A DNA stretch of 64,000 nt, taken from Macrostomum lignano (Eukaryota). The notes under the pieces are model-generated. The model was not told where the DNA came from. It searched no databases and saw only the letters and a program-made list of their open reading frames with translations. Each line of letters begins with the position of its first letter. Positions within the stretch are counted from its first letter, which is position 1. Made by a program: the position numbers and the translations under genes. Positions 50,696-63,109 of this stretch are shown here, one piece after another. Location: positions 1-64,000 of the forward strand of contig NIVC01002329.1 in assembly GCA_002269645.1 (NCBI GenBank). The letters are read 5' to 3'.

Positions 50696-53179
50696 TTGAC
50701 AGTGGGCCAACCTCAACTGGGACTATGGACGCCCAAACGAGATTTTTACACGTTAAAATTGTTGCGCAAGTGGAACTTAACTCAAGATTTTTGTTTGAGA
50801 GCGCAACAAAAAGTTGTCCGGCAGAATTCCTCCTGGGTAGTTCTACTTTTGAATCACCTTCTGTCTGCGGGCGGCCCTGTTTCCTTAGATTTTAATCTTC
50901 TAGTTGGGAAAAGTTTCAAAAAATCTGATCAAATTTTACTTCCCGTCTGGTTCGTGCGAATTGAGAAAGTCAATTACGTTAATTTAGGCTACACAGGTTG
51001 CTGGTTCCGGCTCAGGCCATGTAAACCGGGGGTTTGGGGGCTTCAGTTCGTGTTTCATTTGCGTCAATGGGATTTTTTATCGTTCCCGCAGCAATGATCG
51101 TGATTAAAAAATTGATAACTGAAACCTTCTCCGCCGACAGAAGTTTCTCGCAGTCTAGACTGAGTCCTACTCCTCTGCCTTGTTTTCTTATTCTGGGAAA
51201 AAATTCTCGAATCTTTTCAGGCTTGGAATTAAATTTCGGATAGCGCAAATAATGACTGGGGACTGCGAGTTGAAGCAGATGCGGCTAACAAGAAAAACTT
51301 TTGCAATCAGGCGCATACTGCATTGCCTTGCTCAAGCTCGGGTTGCTTCCACCTGCTTATTAGACCTGATAATGTCACCAGCTGCTGTTGATGAGCGAGA
51401 GTTCGGCCTACTCTTCAAGAAAACTGGATTATCGGATCTCTCCACCTCAGCAGCGTGGCGCTATCAGGTGGTTATCTTAGCAAAGAATTCCCTGCTCTGC
51501 TGCAGAGCTCAATACCAAAGCAAATTATAGTGCATTTCTCAGCAAACCGTGATCAAAATGGGTGGTAAAATTGCAATTACCTCAATTACCGGATGTTTTT
51601 GTACTCGCATGAGTCAACTGTCGGAGTGAAGGTTGAATCAAGAGCTGCAAGCTTGATGCCATGAAGGGCAGGGGTAGGGATAAATGTGCGGAGTTACCAG
51701 TCCATCCTAAACAATGGCATGATGACTTACAGAAGTGTGCAAGAGCATGTTGGTTAGCCAGTCAGTTCGCAAAGGAGGCTGTGGGCGGTTGGTCTCAGAG
51801 CTTATTGAAAAAGTCTGAACCCTAACTCTGCTTAACAAAGGAGTTTTGTGGCGTTAGATAAGGCAGCTTTTCTAGTCTGTGCTTGGCTCGTCAGAGTAAA
51901 GTCTGCATGGAAATATCTACTTTGTTTCTCGGCTCCAGGATCACAGAAATACAGAAAGCATAATGAGAACAGAGGAAGCAACGCACGAGTGCATCCCCTA
52001 GCTGAGCAAAGGCACTTCTGGAGCTTGAGTCCGTCCCGGCAAAGACGTCTCTCGAGTTCTCGTAGGACGGGGGACTTCCTTTCTTAGAGAATCTTTGAGG
52101 GTGAAATCTTTGAAAGCTTGTCTCTACACGCAAAAATAACGATGCCTGCGGAGAGAGGCACTTACCAATTTTATTGATTTGCTAATTCTCCAGAGCCTTC
52201 ATAGTAAGCAGTTTGTCCTAGATGACTCAATGTTGTGCAAATATTTTGTTTAACCACATGGTCACCAATAATTAGAAGGAAACAGACGCGGGAACCAAAT
52301 GAATAATCATGCCTTCACTCTATGAACTTGTCTTAAAATCTAAATTTCCCATCCTTGTCAAAAGCAGTATCTTGAAAAGTCTAGCTAAAGCAGAGCTGCT
52401 GAAGCTGTTTTGAGTCCGGGGACCGACGCTTCCTATGCGCGCATCCGCCACAGTCAACGCCGTAGCGGCAAGCACTGAGTTCGGGCCTGCCCCTGGCAAC
52501 CTGACCCCGCAGTAATTGACTTTATTTCTGGGAAGGGGGTTAGCTAATAAACTTTCTTCCACACTCTAAGAAGATTAAATTTCTTCGCATCTCTTGCATA
52601 GCTATTCGGATGGCTTGATTCACGCTTTATGGATAAGGCCAAGGAGACGTGGACTGGTCCTAATGACAATTTCAGATTCCAGAATTTTAATTAAAATTCT
52701 CCTTGGCATTATTAAATAATCTGAACTTGCCTAATATTGAATGTCAATTACTAAACTTCAATGAAAAGAACTCACGTAGATCAAAGATTTCTATAATAAG
52801 CATCTGGGGTGGAAAGAGAAAATGAAAACAAAAAGAATTTACGAAATGAGGCCCAGCATTGAATGACCATGACTCTGTGGTTTTAACGCATTTTTTTCAT
52901 TCTGAGCGGCTTAAGAGAAGGACTGATTTGCACCGATTTAAAATGTCCAAACAAATTCAAAGGAGTCGCAACACCAAAGGACAAATCATTTCTGTTCTGA
53001 AATTCTTCTGTTGGGTTGTCTATATTACGAGGAGCCTAAATTGAAAAACTCGTTTCCATTCCAGATGCTAATTATAGAACTCCTTGACGTAGGCTAAATT
53101 TTGGCAGAAAGAATACCATTGATTGCTAATTCGAGCCACTTTTTCGACTTTTGTCTTCTCCACTGAGAGTTTTAGACGG

Positions 53180-53600
53180 CGTGTCGGAGCCATGTCGGCT
53201 TTATTGTCTATGGCCGAGTGCAGTTCTGTGGCTGTGGCTTTGGTTGGCTTTATTGTCTATGGCCGAGTGCAGATTGGCTTTATTGTCTATGGCCGAGTGC
53301 GTATTGGCTCTATTGTCTATGGCCGAGTGCAGTTCTGTGGCTGTGGCTTTGATTGGCTTTATTGTCTATGGCCGAGTGCAGTTCTGTGGCAGTGGCTTTG
53401 GTTGGCTTTATTGTCTATGGCCGAGTGCAGTTCTGTGGCTGTGGCTTTGATTGGCTTTATTGTCTATGGCCGAGTGCAGCTCTGTGGCTGTGGCTTTGGT
53501 TGGCTTTATTGTCTATGGCCGAGTGCAGATTGGCTTTATTGTCTATGGCCGAGTGCGTATTGGCTTTATTGTCTATGGCCGAGTGCAGTTCTGTGGCACT
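53180..53600. repeat. Composite about 30/50-bp tandem repeat TTGGCTTTATTGTCTATGGCCGAGTGCAG(TTCTGTGGCTGTGGCT)
   Basis: Directly visible. Confidence 0.9.
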
Positions 53601-54369
53601 GGCTGCTGCTAGAGCTAGTGGGGGCTCTCCACTTGATAGGCTCACCGGTAGCAAGTGGCGAGTTTGACAAGCGATCACTGAACACAGACTTCTACTGCTA
53701 ATTCCATGGTCTGTCGCTGCACTTAACTGAAGGCTCACTATAACCATGCAAAGTCGCTTTCTTGGAATTATGCAGGCTCTCAGCCTTTGACAAAACTTTG
53801 TGGCCTTAAATTGCAAGTTTAAGTGTTAAATTCTAGGCTTTCTTGTCTTTTCTGTCAGGGAATTGTGTGTTGTCTTATGGCCCAACCTGTGTTTATTGCA
53901 CGATTACATAGGCTTTCAATTTTTAATGTCTATCTATATACTGTATATTCTGCATCTTTCAGCGAAAAGAGAGATTCGAGTTGTCAAAAATGATCAACTA
54001 GAACCATGTTTTCTATTCAGTGTGCCATTGAGTTATCTGTCGTATTTACAGACGTAAAAATGAAATTAAAATTCAATCCATTAAAGCGTATGCGACAAAA
54101 AATTTGCTAATTTTATTTTTTAAACTCGTTACGGCGAATCAGTCGATAGATCTTTCTCTGAAAGCTTCGCTTTTCGCAGTTATTTTATTTAAAACGTCGA
54201 TTTTAATTTTTTTAATTGAAAAGCATCGCTTAAAAGCGTCACGCTGTTTGATTTAAGCGGTAGCTGCTTTATCTGTGCAATCAATTGGGAAACCCAATTT
54301 AGTTTCTTTTGCCTGAAGCTCAAATACAGGCAGATCGATTGCGGGATGGAGGCGGAGTGCCGGTCGCAG

Positions 54370-54900
54370 AGTGGGTGGTACAGAGAGACAGAGGTGGAGT
54401 TCTATGGTCTAAGTCCTGGTATGTACAGAGAGACAGAGGTGGGGTTCTATGGTCTAAGTCCTGGTATGTACAGAGAGACAGAGGTGGGGTTCTATGGTCT
54501 AAGTCCTGGTATGTACAGAGACAGAGGTGGGGTTCTATGGTCTAAGTCCTGGTGTGTACAGAGAGACGGAACTGGGTTCTATGGTCTAAGTCCTGGTATG
54601 TACAGAGAGACAGAGGTGGGGTTCTATGGTCTAAGTCCTGGTATGTACAGAGACAGAGGTGGGGTTCTATGGTCTAAGTCCTGGTATGTACAGAGACAGA
54701 GGTGGGGTTCTATGGTCTAAGTCCTGGTGTATACAGAGAGACGGAACTGGGGTTTTATGGTCTAAGTCATGGGATGTACATGTACAAAAAGACGGAGCTG
54801 GAGTTCTATGGTCTAAGTCCTAAGGCTGTACAGAGAGACGGAGCTGGGGTTCTATGGTCTAGGTCCTAAGGCTGTACAGAAAGATGGAGCATGGGTTCTT
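54370..54900. repeat. 43-45-bp minisatellite GTACAGAGAGACAGAGGTGGGGTTCTATGGTCTAAGTCCTGGTAT
   Basis: Directly visible. Confidence 0.92.
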
Positions 54901-55283
54901 AGGGCCCGAGAATGGACGCATCAAGCCAGCTTCTGCATAGAAACGGGAGCTCGGGCCATTTTTTATGAAGCAAGGGCTTACATGCTCATTTAAAAGCGAT
55001 TCACGAGTTTTTTCAACTGAAAAAACAAGCTGCAATTATCTTTTGAAGTCGGTGCTCATTAAGCGACTCTTGATGTGGACGGCACACCTTCAGTTTGCCA
55101 ATCCGATTCGTGACTCGGATGTCTCCATTCAGATTAGGGGATCTGCTCGACTCAGCCCCCACACAAGCTCTAATGAGAATCTCCCACTTCCGATGTTTGT
55201 AAGCGTTTATAAGGAAATAATTGCTGCCCAAATACTTTGTCTCTGATCCCGTGAGAGGCGACCAATTTACAAAACCAGCTCAC

Positions 55284-55377
55284 CGATGATGGCCAGCACG
55301 TGAATGACGAACTGACGATCACGCCTGGCCTGATTGCCGCTAGAGGTTGACACGATTGAGCTGCGGTGTCTGCGGAT
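55284..55377 (-). CDS. Opsin internal exon (ICL3 and start of TM6: IRRHRSSIVSTSSGNQARRDRQFVIHVLAII)
   Basis: Acceptor ccccgcAG, phase 0; donor G|GTGAGC, phase 1. It bridges the TM5 exon and the TM6 exon exactly. Not in the ORF track. Confidence 0.82.
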
Positions 55378-55419
55378 CTGCGGGGGAGGGAGCGGCGACG
55401 GTTTGATTCTGTGATCCTC

Positions 55420-55545
55420 ACTCTCAGTGACTCCTACGGGTAATGATCCTCAATGATTCTCAGTGACTCCTAATGATCCTCAATGATTCTCAGTGACTCC
55501 TAATGATCCTCAATGATTCTCAGTGACTCCTAATGATCCTGGATT
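55420..55545. repeat. 30-bp tandem repeat CTCAGTGACTCCTAATGATCCTCAATGATT
   Basis: 3-4 copies visible. Confidence 0.8.
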
Positions 55546-56009
55546 AATCATCACCCAAGGTTTTCAATCACTCTTGATGATCATTATTGTTAGTATATTA
55601 TTCCCATAGATTACCAATAATTCACAGTGAGTATCTGTGATTCTCAATGATAATTTACCATTTTGAGTCATTATTTCTGATTCTCAGTTATTTTTCCTAG
55701 CTTGTATTATAAATTCTCTCCTAAAGTTCATTAAGAATAACTAATGATGATGGCTGAGGCTTCAGTCCGGTTTGCCAGCTCTATGAGCCCCATCTGCTCG
55801 AAACTAATGACTGAAGGACTGCTCATGCTCATAGCTAATTAGGGAAAAGATGGACAGAAAACAGTGGGAAAACAAGATCAATGTCACACATGGAAGCCTA
55901 TATGATTGGAGACCTTGATCTGTTTGCCAGGCTTGCGACAAATTAACAGGCTTTGGATTTGGAAACTGTTCATCGTCTACAAAACCATGGACTATTCGTC
56001 TATGCTGCG

Positions 56010-57487
56010 TGTAGTATCTGGACTGGAAACTGCAGCGCAATCCATGCACTTATTCTACGCATAGAATCTGGACTGGAAACTGCAGCGCAATCCATGCACT
56101 TATTCTACGCATAGAATCTGGACTGGAAACTGCAGCGCAATCCATGCACTTATTCTACGCATAGAATCTGGACTGGAAACTGCAGCGCAATCCATGCACT
56201 GATTCTACGCATAGAATCTGGACTAGAAACTGCAGCGCAATCCATGCACTGATTCTACGCATAGAATCTGGACTGGAAACTGCAGCGCAATCCATGCACT
56301 TATTCTACGCATAGAATCTGGACTGGAAACTGCAGCGCAATCCATGCACTTATTCTACGCATAGAATCTGGACTAGAAACTGCAGCGCAATCCATGCACT
56401 GATTCTACGCATAGAATCTGGACTGGAAACTGCAGCGCAATCCATGCACTTATTCTACGCATAGAATCTGGACTAGAAACTGCAGCGCAATCCATGCACT
56501 GATTCTACGCATAGAATCTGGACTGGAAACTGCAGCGCAATCCATGCACTTATTCTACGCATAGAATCTGGACTGGAAACTGCAGCGCAATCCATGCACT
56601 TATTCTACGCATAGAATCTGGACTGGAAACTGCAGCGCAATCCATGCACTTATTCTACGCATAGAATCTGGACTGGAAACTGCAGCGCAATCCATGCACT
56701 TATTCTACGCATAGAATCTGGACTGGAAACTGCAGCGCAATCCATGCACTTATTCTACGCATAGAATCTGGACTGGAAACTGCAGTGCAATCCATGCACT
56801 TATTCTACGCATAGAATCTGGACTGGAAACTGCAGTGCAATCCATGCACTTATTCTACGCATAGAATCTGGACTGGAAACTGCAGCGCAATCCATGCACT
56901 TATTCTACGCATAGAATCTGGACTGGAAACTGCAGTGCAATCCATGCACTTATTCTACGCATAGAATCTGGACTGGAAACTGCAGCGCAATCCATGCACT
57001 TATTCTACGCATAGAATCTGGACTGGAAACTGCAGTGAAATCCATGCACTTATTCTACGCATAGAATCTGGACTGGAAACTGCAGCGCAATCCATGCACT
57101 TATTCTACGCATAGAATCTGGACTGGAAACTGCAGTGAAATCCATGCACTTATTCTACGCATAGAATCTGGACTGGAAACTGCAGCGCAATCCATGCACT
57201 TATTCTACGCATAGAATCTGGACTGGAAACTGCAGTGCAATCCATGCACTTATTCTACGCATAGAATCTGGACTGGAAACTGCAGCGCAATCCATGCACT
57301 TATTCTACGCATAGAATCTGGACTGGAAACTGCAGTGAAATCCATGCACTTATTCTACGCATAGAATCTGGACTGGAAACTGCAGCGCAATCCATGCACT
57401 TATTCTACGCATAGAATCTGGACTGGAAACTGCAGCGCAATCCATGCACTGATTCTACGCATAGAATCTGGACTGGAAACTGCAGCA
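56010..57487. repeat. 50-bp minisatellite TGGACTGGAAACTGCAGCGCAATCCATGCACTTATTCTACGCATAGAATC (about 29 copies)
   Basis: Directly visible; each unit holds the hairpin ATTCTA-CGCA-TAGAAT. Confidence 0.97.
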
Positions 57488-58179
57488 CAGTTAATCTTTT
57501 TGCACCCAGCAAGGATTAATTGGCTTTCTTTCACTCAAAAAATCAGAAGGAGGTGGCCAGAAAATTTGAATAAATCAACAAACAGTTTCCAATCCGGATG
57601 TAAGTACTAGGTTTAGTATTCCATGCACGATGTGATAGAAAAGAGAACTCATCCCAATACAAACACGAGGATATATGAGTAAGGTTGGAAGGACTTATAT
57701 GAGGGCTTCTGCAGGTGCAACCGTAGCGAGGAGCAGAAACTGAGAGCAGTGTTTCTATCAGGGTCCTCACAGTTTTTTAAGCAAACTTTGCGCATGACTT
57801 GCAGCTAATAATACATGACTCCTGAAAATGAAATTCTCTTCCCATTCCCAGCTGCCAGTTGCAGATTTTATTCAGTATTTGCTGCGGTCCAGACAGTTTT
57901 TTATTAAAAAAGCTGGACTAAGAGGCAATGATTTCTAATCGTTGCTTGTCCCACTCGCACTGCATCCAGCCTGTCTGTCTACAGCTGAATGAGGATGAAA
58001 GGGAAATTCCGGGCCTCACTTCAGCGCTTAATTTAAACCGATCCTGTCTCTCTTTCTAGCCTTGCCTAATCCGGCTTGCTTTTTATTGTCTGAAATTGCA
58101 TTTTAAAAAAGGCCAGCCCTGACAACAAGCTGGCTGCCGGCCTATATGCGGATTAACAGTAGAACTACCATATTTCTCC

Positions 58180-58395
58180 GATTCTCTCTGACTCTCTCCG
58201 ATTCTCTCTGACTCTCTCCGATTCTCTCTGACTCTCTCCGATTCTCCCTGACTCTCCAATTCTCTCTGACTCTCTCCGATTCTCTCTGACTCTCCGATTC
58301 TCCCTGACTCTCTCCGATTCTCTCTGACTCTCTCCGATTCTCTCTGACTCTCTCCGATTCTCTCTGACTCTCTCCGATTCTCTCTGACTCTCTTT
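58180..58395. repeat. 20-bp repeat ATTCTCTCTGACTCTCTCCG (short copy of the array at 62245-63005)
   Basis: Directly visible. Confidence 0.92.
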
Positions 58396-58413
58396 AACCC
58401 TGTACGTCTTTTC

Positions 58414-58607
<194 letters not shown>

Positions 58608-58680
58608 GAGGGCGCCTCCAATCTCGGGCACTGACACGGTAGAAAGTCAGAAAGGACTGAAAAAAGTCAATTTAAATTGA

Positions 58681-58723
58681 GTAGCCGATATTTCGAAATC
58701 AAATTTCTTCGTCAGGGCTGCAA
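58681..58723 (-). ncRNA. Minimal type I hammerhead ribozyme
   Basis: Minus strand TTGCAGCC-CTGACGA-A-GAAAT-TTG-ATTTC-GAAA-TATC-GGCTAC: core CUGANGA/GAAA, 5-bp stem II, palindromic AUAU stem III, AUC cleavage triplet, stem I AGCC/GGCT. Confidence 0.8.
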
Positions 58724-59134
58724 GCGAGTGAAGTTTATTTGGCGCGAATTGCCGTCAATATATAAAGGCGATATCGCCAGGGAGAGACGATCGATAAATT
58801 GATGTGCTCAAGCACTTAAAACAGTACGCATGGTCAGTACATTAAAACGAGTCCGAGACTATGAGAAAAGCGGGGGGTGGCTAAAACTGTACAAGTGGGC
58901 CTAGACGACCTTTAAGTGTAGAATAAAAATTGCAAAAATAAATGGCGAAATAAATAGGTAAGGTAAATAAAAATAATTATTAAATGCTCAGAGCAAAAAT
59001 GCAGGTGCACCGTACACAGTGTCAGAAAAATGAATAAAAAGCAGAAAATAAATAATCTGAATAAATCGAAATAAAGTCAATGAAAAAATCACAGAGGGGA
59101 AAATAGCAGTAAAGGAGCCTTTGTACAGCTGATC

Positions 59135-59842
59135 TCAATTGGCAGAAGCTGGTTCGAGCTGGCTGTGGCAGAGTAGATCCCGAAGGCTCCTCCCTTTAGT
59201 GAAGGCCGGCAGTACAGGGGCATCGCAGTGCTGTGCCACGCCGTCCCTCACCTTGGCAACCAGGGTGTCTGACCCAGCGCAGTGCGGCACAATCAGTGGG
59301 ATCGCCGGATTGTGCAGCACCCCGGCCAGCTCGTTGGCGCCATGTGGGACCAGAGTTTTCAGGACCGCGATGAGTTTGGCCTCCTGGCGTTGACGTCGTT
59401 CATTGGCCTTGGGTCCAGAGCCGTCCCGCGTCCACACTCCGGTGAAGGCAAAGTCCTCGAGACTATGGCCATCGTTGCTGAAGTGGCGGGCCACCGGAGT
59501 GTCGCGTGCGTGCCTGATGTCGCCGACGTGCGCTAGCATGCGGGCCCGGATGCTGTTGACCGTCTCGCCGACGTAGACCGTGCAGCTGCAGCGGCGGCAG
59601 AACACGGTGTAGACAGCGTTGACCGAGTTGCAGTCGATCCTCTGGCTGATGGTGATCTTGACGGTCGTGGACGCGGATCCCGGGCAGACGGAGGTGAATC
59701 TGGCGTGCGCCTGGCAGCACTTGCACAGCCGGGCCGGGTTGCACGGCAGGAAGCCGAACTCCCACCGCCTTGTCGGGTAGAAACCCAGCTCCGCCAGCAC
59801 CTCGTATTTGATATTGCGTAGAAAACGCCTGTTGTAGCCCTT
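59135..59842 (-). CDS. C-terminal fragment of the PLE ORF: thumb-end motif, Cys cluster, GIY-YIG endonuclease, extra C-terminal segment
   Basis: KGYNRRFLRNIK...CNPARLCKCC...CNSVNAVYTVFCRRC...YVGET...RARM..H...PVARHF...H...RQEAKLI..LKTL.PHGANE. No internal stop up to the truncation point. Confidence 0.85.
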   Translation of the reverse strand, partial: KGYNRRFLRNIKYEVLAELGFYPTRRWEFGFLPCNPARLCKCCQAHARFTSVCPGSASTTVKITISQRIDCNSVNAVYTVFCRRCSCTVYVGETVNSIRARMLAHVGDIRHARDTPVARHFSNDGHSLEDFAFTGVWTRDGSGPKANERRQRQEAKLIAVLKTLVPHGANELAGVLHNPAIPLIVPHCAGSDTLVAKVRDGVAQHCDAPVLPAFTKGRSLRDLLCHSQLEPASAN

Positions 59843-59844
59843 TA

Positions 59845-60057
<213 letters not shown>

Positions 60058-60160
60058 AGTGCGCCGGAACTGAGCAACGCGAATTTCAAGTACACGGGCT
60101 AAATTTTTATTGCGCAACTCCTCAAATAAGAATCAAGTTGCCAGTCCTCCAGACCGTCGA

Positions 60161-60430
60161 GATATTCGACGATTCTGCTAGAAGGTCGGATCTTTCCCAT
60201 AAGCGCTAGTGTATTCAGTACACCCCTGTGCGCCAATCAGCACTGCACCTCAGTGCAGCCTTGCCAAGCCTCCAAATTTCATCAGCACATCGACCGCATC
60301 TGTCTGCATCAGCTGTGTCTTCATTGGTCACTGGCCTTCACCCAGGCGGAGCTTCTGGACCTTCAACACGTGGCAATAGGTGACTATCAACACCCTGATG
60401 CGAATTTCTTTAGTTTCGCTGATCAAAAAG
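60161..60430. repeat. Dispersed repeat, copy B (paralogous to 50404-50695)
   Basis: See copy A; same orientation. Confidence 0.85.
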
Positions 60431-60619
60431 CCCGAAAGCCCAAAAAGTTTAAAAAGTTAGCCCGTGTTCTTGAATTTCGTGTGCCTGCGTTGCTCCGTTC
60501 TGGCGCAGCAAAAAAATTGACAGGGAGGCGAAATCCCCCCTTGGTATTTCGACGGGCGAAAAATTGGTATTCCCAAGAGCCGTTTTTGCTTGCGATTTCT
60601 GCTATTCAGTGTTCTCAGA

Positions 60620-61822
60620 CACACCCCACCCCTCTGTCTCAGCACCCCACTCCCTCTGTCTCAGCACCACCCTTCTGCCTCAGCAGACACACCCTTCTGC
60701 CTCAGCACCCCACTCCCTCTGTCTCAGCACCACCCTTCTGCCTCAGCAGACACACCCTTCTGCCTCAGCACTCCACCCTCCACCTCAGCACCCCACCCCT
60801 CTGCCTCAGCACCCCACCCCTCTGCCTCAGCAGACACACCCCTCTGCCTCAGCAGACACACCCCTCTGCCTCAGCAGACACACCCCTCTGCCTCAGCACT
60901 CCACCCTCTGCCTCAGCACCCACCCCTCTGCCTCAGCACCCACCCTCTGCCTTAGCACCCCACCCCTCTGCCTCAGCACCCATCCCTCTGCCTCAGCACC
61001 CATCCCTCTGCCTCAGCACCCACCCCTCTGCCTCAGCACTCCACCCCTCTGCCTCAGCACCCCACCCCTCTGCCTCAGCACTCCACCCCTCTGCCTCAGC
61101 ACCCCACCCCTCTGCCTCAGCAGACACACCCTTCTGCCTCAGCACTCCACCCTCCACCTCAGCACCCCACCCCTCTGCCTCAGCACCCCACCCCTCTGCC
61201 TCAGCAGACACACCCCTCTGCCTCAGCAGACACACCCCTCTGCCTCAGCAGACACACCCCTCTGCCTCAGCAGACACACCCCTCTGCCTCAGCACCCACC
61301 CCTCTGCCTCAGCACCCACCCCTCTGCCTCAGCACCCACCCCTCTGCCTCAGCACCCCACCCCTCTGCCTCAGCACTCCACCCTCTGCCTCAGCACCCAC
61401 CCTCTGCCTCAGCACCCACCCCTCTGCCTCAGCACCCCACCCCTCTGCCTCAGCACTCCACCCTCTGCCTCAGCACCCACCCTCTGCCTCAGCACTCCAC
61501 CCTCTGCCTCAGCACCCACCCCTCTGCCTCAGCACCCACCCCTCTGCCTTAGCACCCCACCCCTCTGCCTCAGCACCCATCCCTCTGCCTCAGCACCCAT
61601 CCCTCTGCCTCAGCACCCACCCCTCTGCCTCAGCACTCCACCCCTCTGCCTCAGCACCCCACCCCTCTGCCTCAGCACTCCACCCCTCTGCCTCAGCACC
61701 CCACCCCTCTGCCTCAGCACTCCACCCCTCTGCCTCAGCAGACACACCCCTCTGCCTCAGCACCCACCCCTCTGCCTCAGCACCCATCCTTCTGCCTCAG
61801 CACCCCACCCCTCTGCCTCAGC
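60620..61822. repeat. C-rich minisatellite, 20-22-bp unit built on CCCTCTGCCTCAGCAC
   Basis: Directly visible; ends about 25 bp from the opsin donor. Confidence 0.96.
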
Positions 61823-61846
61823 GGACACGCTACACCGGCAGCTCAC

Positions 61847-62183
61847 GTGCGCAAAGATGGCCACATAGGAGCCGACAATGACAGCCAGGGGCAGCAAAAA
61901 CTCGGCAGTCAACAGGCCGCCCAGGTAGACTTTGTCGCGGGTCCGGTTGCCCTCCCAGTCCAGATCGCAGGCGGCCACGTGACCGACTCGGCGGACTCCG
62001 GCGACGTCGAACATCGGCGGGAGGCTCCAGGCTGCGGCAACCACGGCGGAGAGACAGACGAGGACCAGGACTTGCGCTCTGCCGAACGGCTTGTTGCGGG
62101 TCACCATGCGGCAGCGCAGGGCTGACAGGCCGGTCAGCAAGTTGATGTTGAACAGGCCCAGGGAGCTGGTGCTGAACACGTAC
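61847..62183 (-). CDS. Opsin exon encoding TM3-ECL2-TM5
   Basis: YVFSTSSLGLFNINLLTGLSALRC...AWSLPPMFDVAGVRRVGHVAACDLDW...EFLLPLAVIVGSYVAIFAH. Acceptor aaaaAG|G, phase 2; donor CAC|GTGAGC, phase 0. TM1-2 exon(s) were not found in the window. Confidence 0.85.
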
Positions 62184-62244
62184 CTTTTTGGATTTTTCGG
62201 GCGGCAAAAGTTTGACAAAGTTTTCGTCTTTCGTTTCTTTGGAT

Positions 62245-63005
62245 TCTCTGACTCTCTCCGATTCTTACTGACTCTCTCCGATTCTCTCTGACTCTCTCCG
62301 ATTCTCTCTGACTCTCCGATTCTCTCTGACTCTCTCCGATTCTCTCTGACTCTCTCCGATTCTCTCTGACTCTCTCCGATTCTCTCTGACTCTCTCCGAT
62401 TCTCTCTGACTCTCTCCGATTCTCTCTGACTCTCTGATTCTCTCTGACTCTCTCCGATTCTCTCTGACTCTCTCCGATTCTCTCTGACTCTCTCCGATTC
62501 TCTCTGACTCTCTCCGATTCTCTCTGACTCTCTCCGATTCTCTCTGACTCTCTCCGATTCTCTCTGACTCTCTCCGATTCTCTCTGACTCTCTGATTCTC
62601 TCTGACTCTCTCCGATTCTCTCTGACTCTCTCCGATTCTCTCTGACTCTCTCCGATTCTCTCTGACTCTCTGATTCTCTCTGACTCTCTCCGATTCTCTC
62701 TGACTCTCTCCGATTCTCTCTGACTCTCTCCGATTCTCTCTGACTCTCTCCGATTCTCTCTGACTCTCTCCGATTCTCTCTGACTCTCTCCGATTTTCTG
62801 ACTCTCTCTGATTCTCTCTGACTCTCTCCGATTCTCTCTGACTCTCTCCGATTCTCTCTGACTCTCTCCGATTCTCTCTGACTCTCTCCGATTCTCTCTG
62901 ACTCTCTCCGATTTTCTGACTCTCTCTGATTCTCTCTGACTCTCTCCGATTCTCTCTGACTCTCTCCAATTTTTTACTCTCTCCAATTCTCTCTGACTCT
63001 CTTTG
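62245..63005. repeat. 20-bp minisatellite ATTCTCTCTGACTCTCTCCG
   Basis: Directly visible; gives the [10 protein letters not shown] pseudo-ORFs. Confidence 0.96.
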
Positions 63006-63010
63006 ATTCT

Positions 63011-63054
63011 GTACGTTTGTTCTTTATTTCCTATTTTTCATCTTGTTGTGTGTA

Positions 63055-63108
<54 letters not shown>
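63011..63108. repeat. Third, diverged copy of the linker + (TG)n + (AG)n module
   Basis: GTACGTTTGTTCTTTATTTCCTATTTTTCATCTTGTTGTGTGTATGTGTG(AG)n resembles 58402-58607. Confidence 0.85.

Positions 63109-63109
<1 letters not shown>

Larger units (their letters stand above)
58608..59844 (-). mobile_element. 5'-truncated Penelope-like retroelement (GIY-YIG ORF end, 3' UTR, hammerhead)
   Basis: GIY-YIG endonuclease with the PLE-type CCHH arrangement, a minimal hammerhead near the 3' end, and insertion in a microsatellite with flanking direct repeats. Confidence 0.85.

Noticed and set aside
50500-51900. CTGATGA and CTGACGA words on the minus strand (near 50527, 60281 and 51890) as extra hammerheads
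   Set aside because: No stem II followed by GAAA at a suitable distance, and no stems I or III.
56010-57487. CRISPR-like appearance (palindromic repeat)
   Set aside because: Units are contiguous with no unique spacers, there are no cas genes, and the context is eukaryotic.
60253-62986. Long Pro/His-rich and [10 protein letters not shown] ORFs
   Set aside because: Array read-through; only 61847-62183 (the opsin exon) is credible coding sequence.
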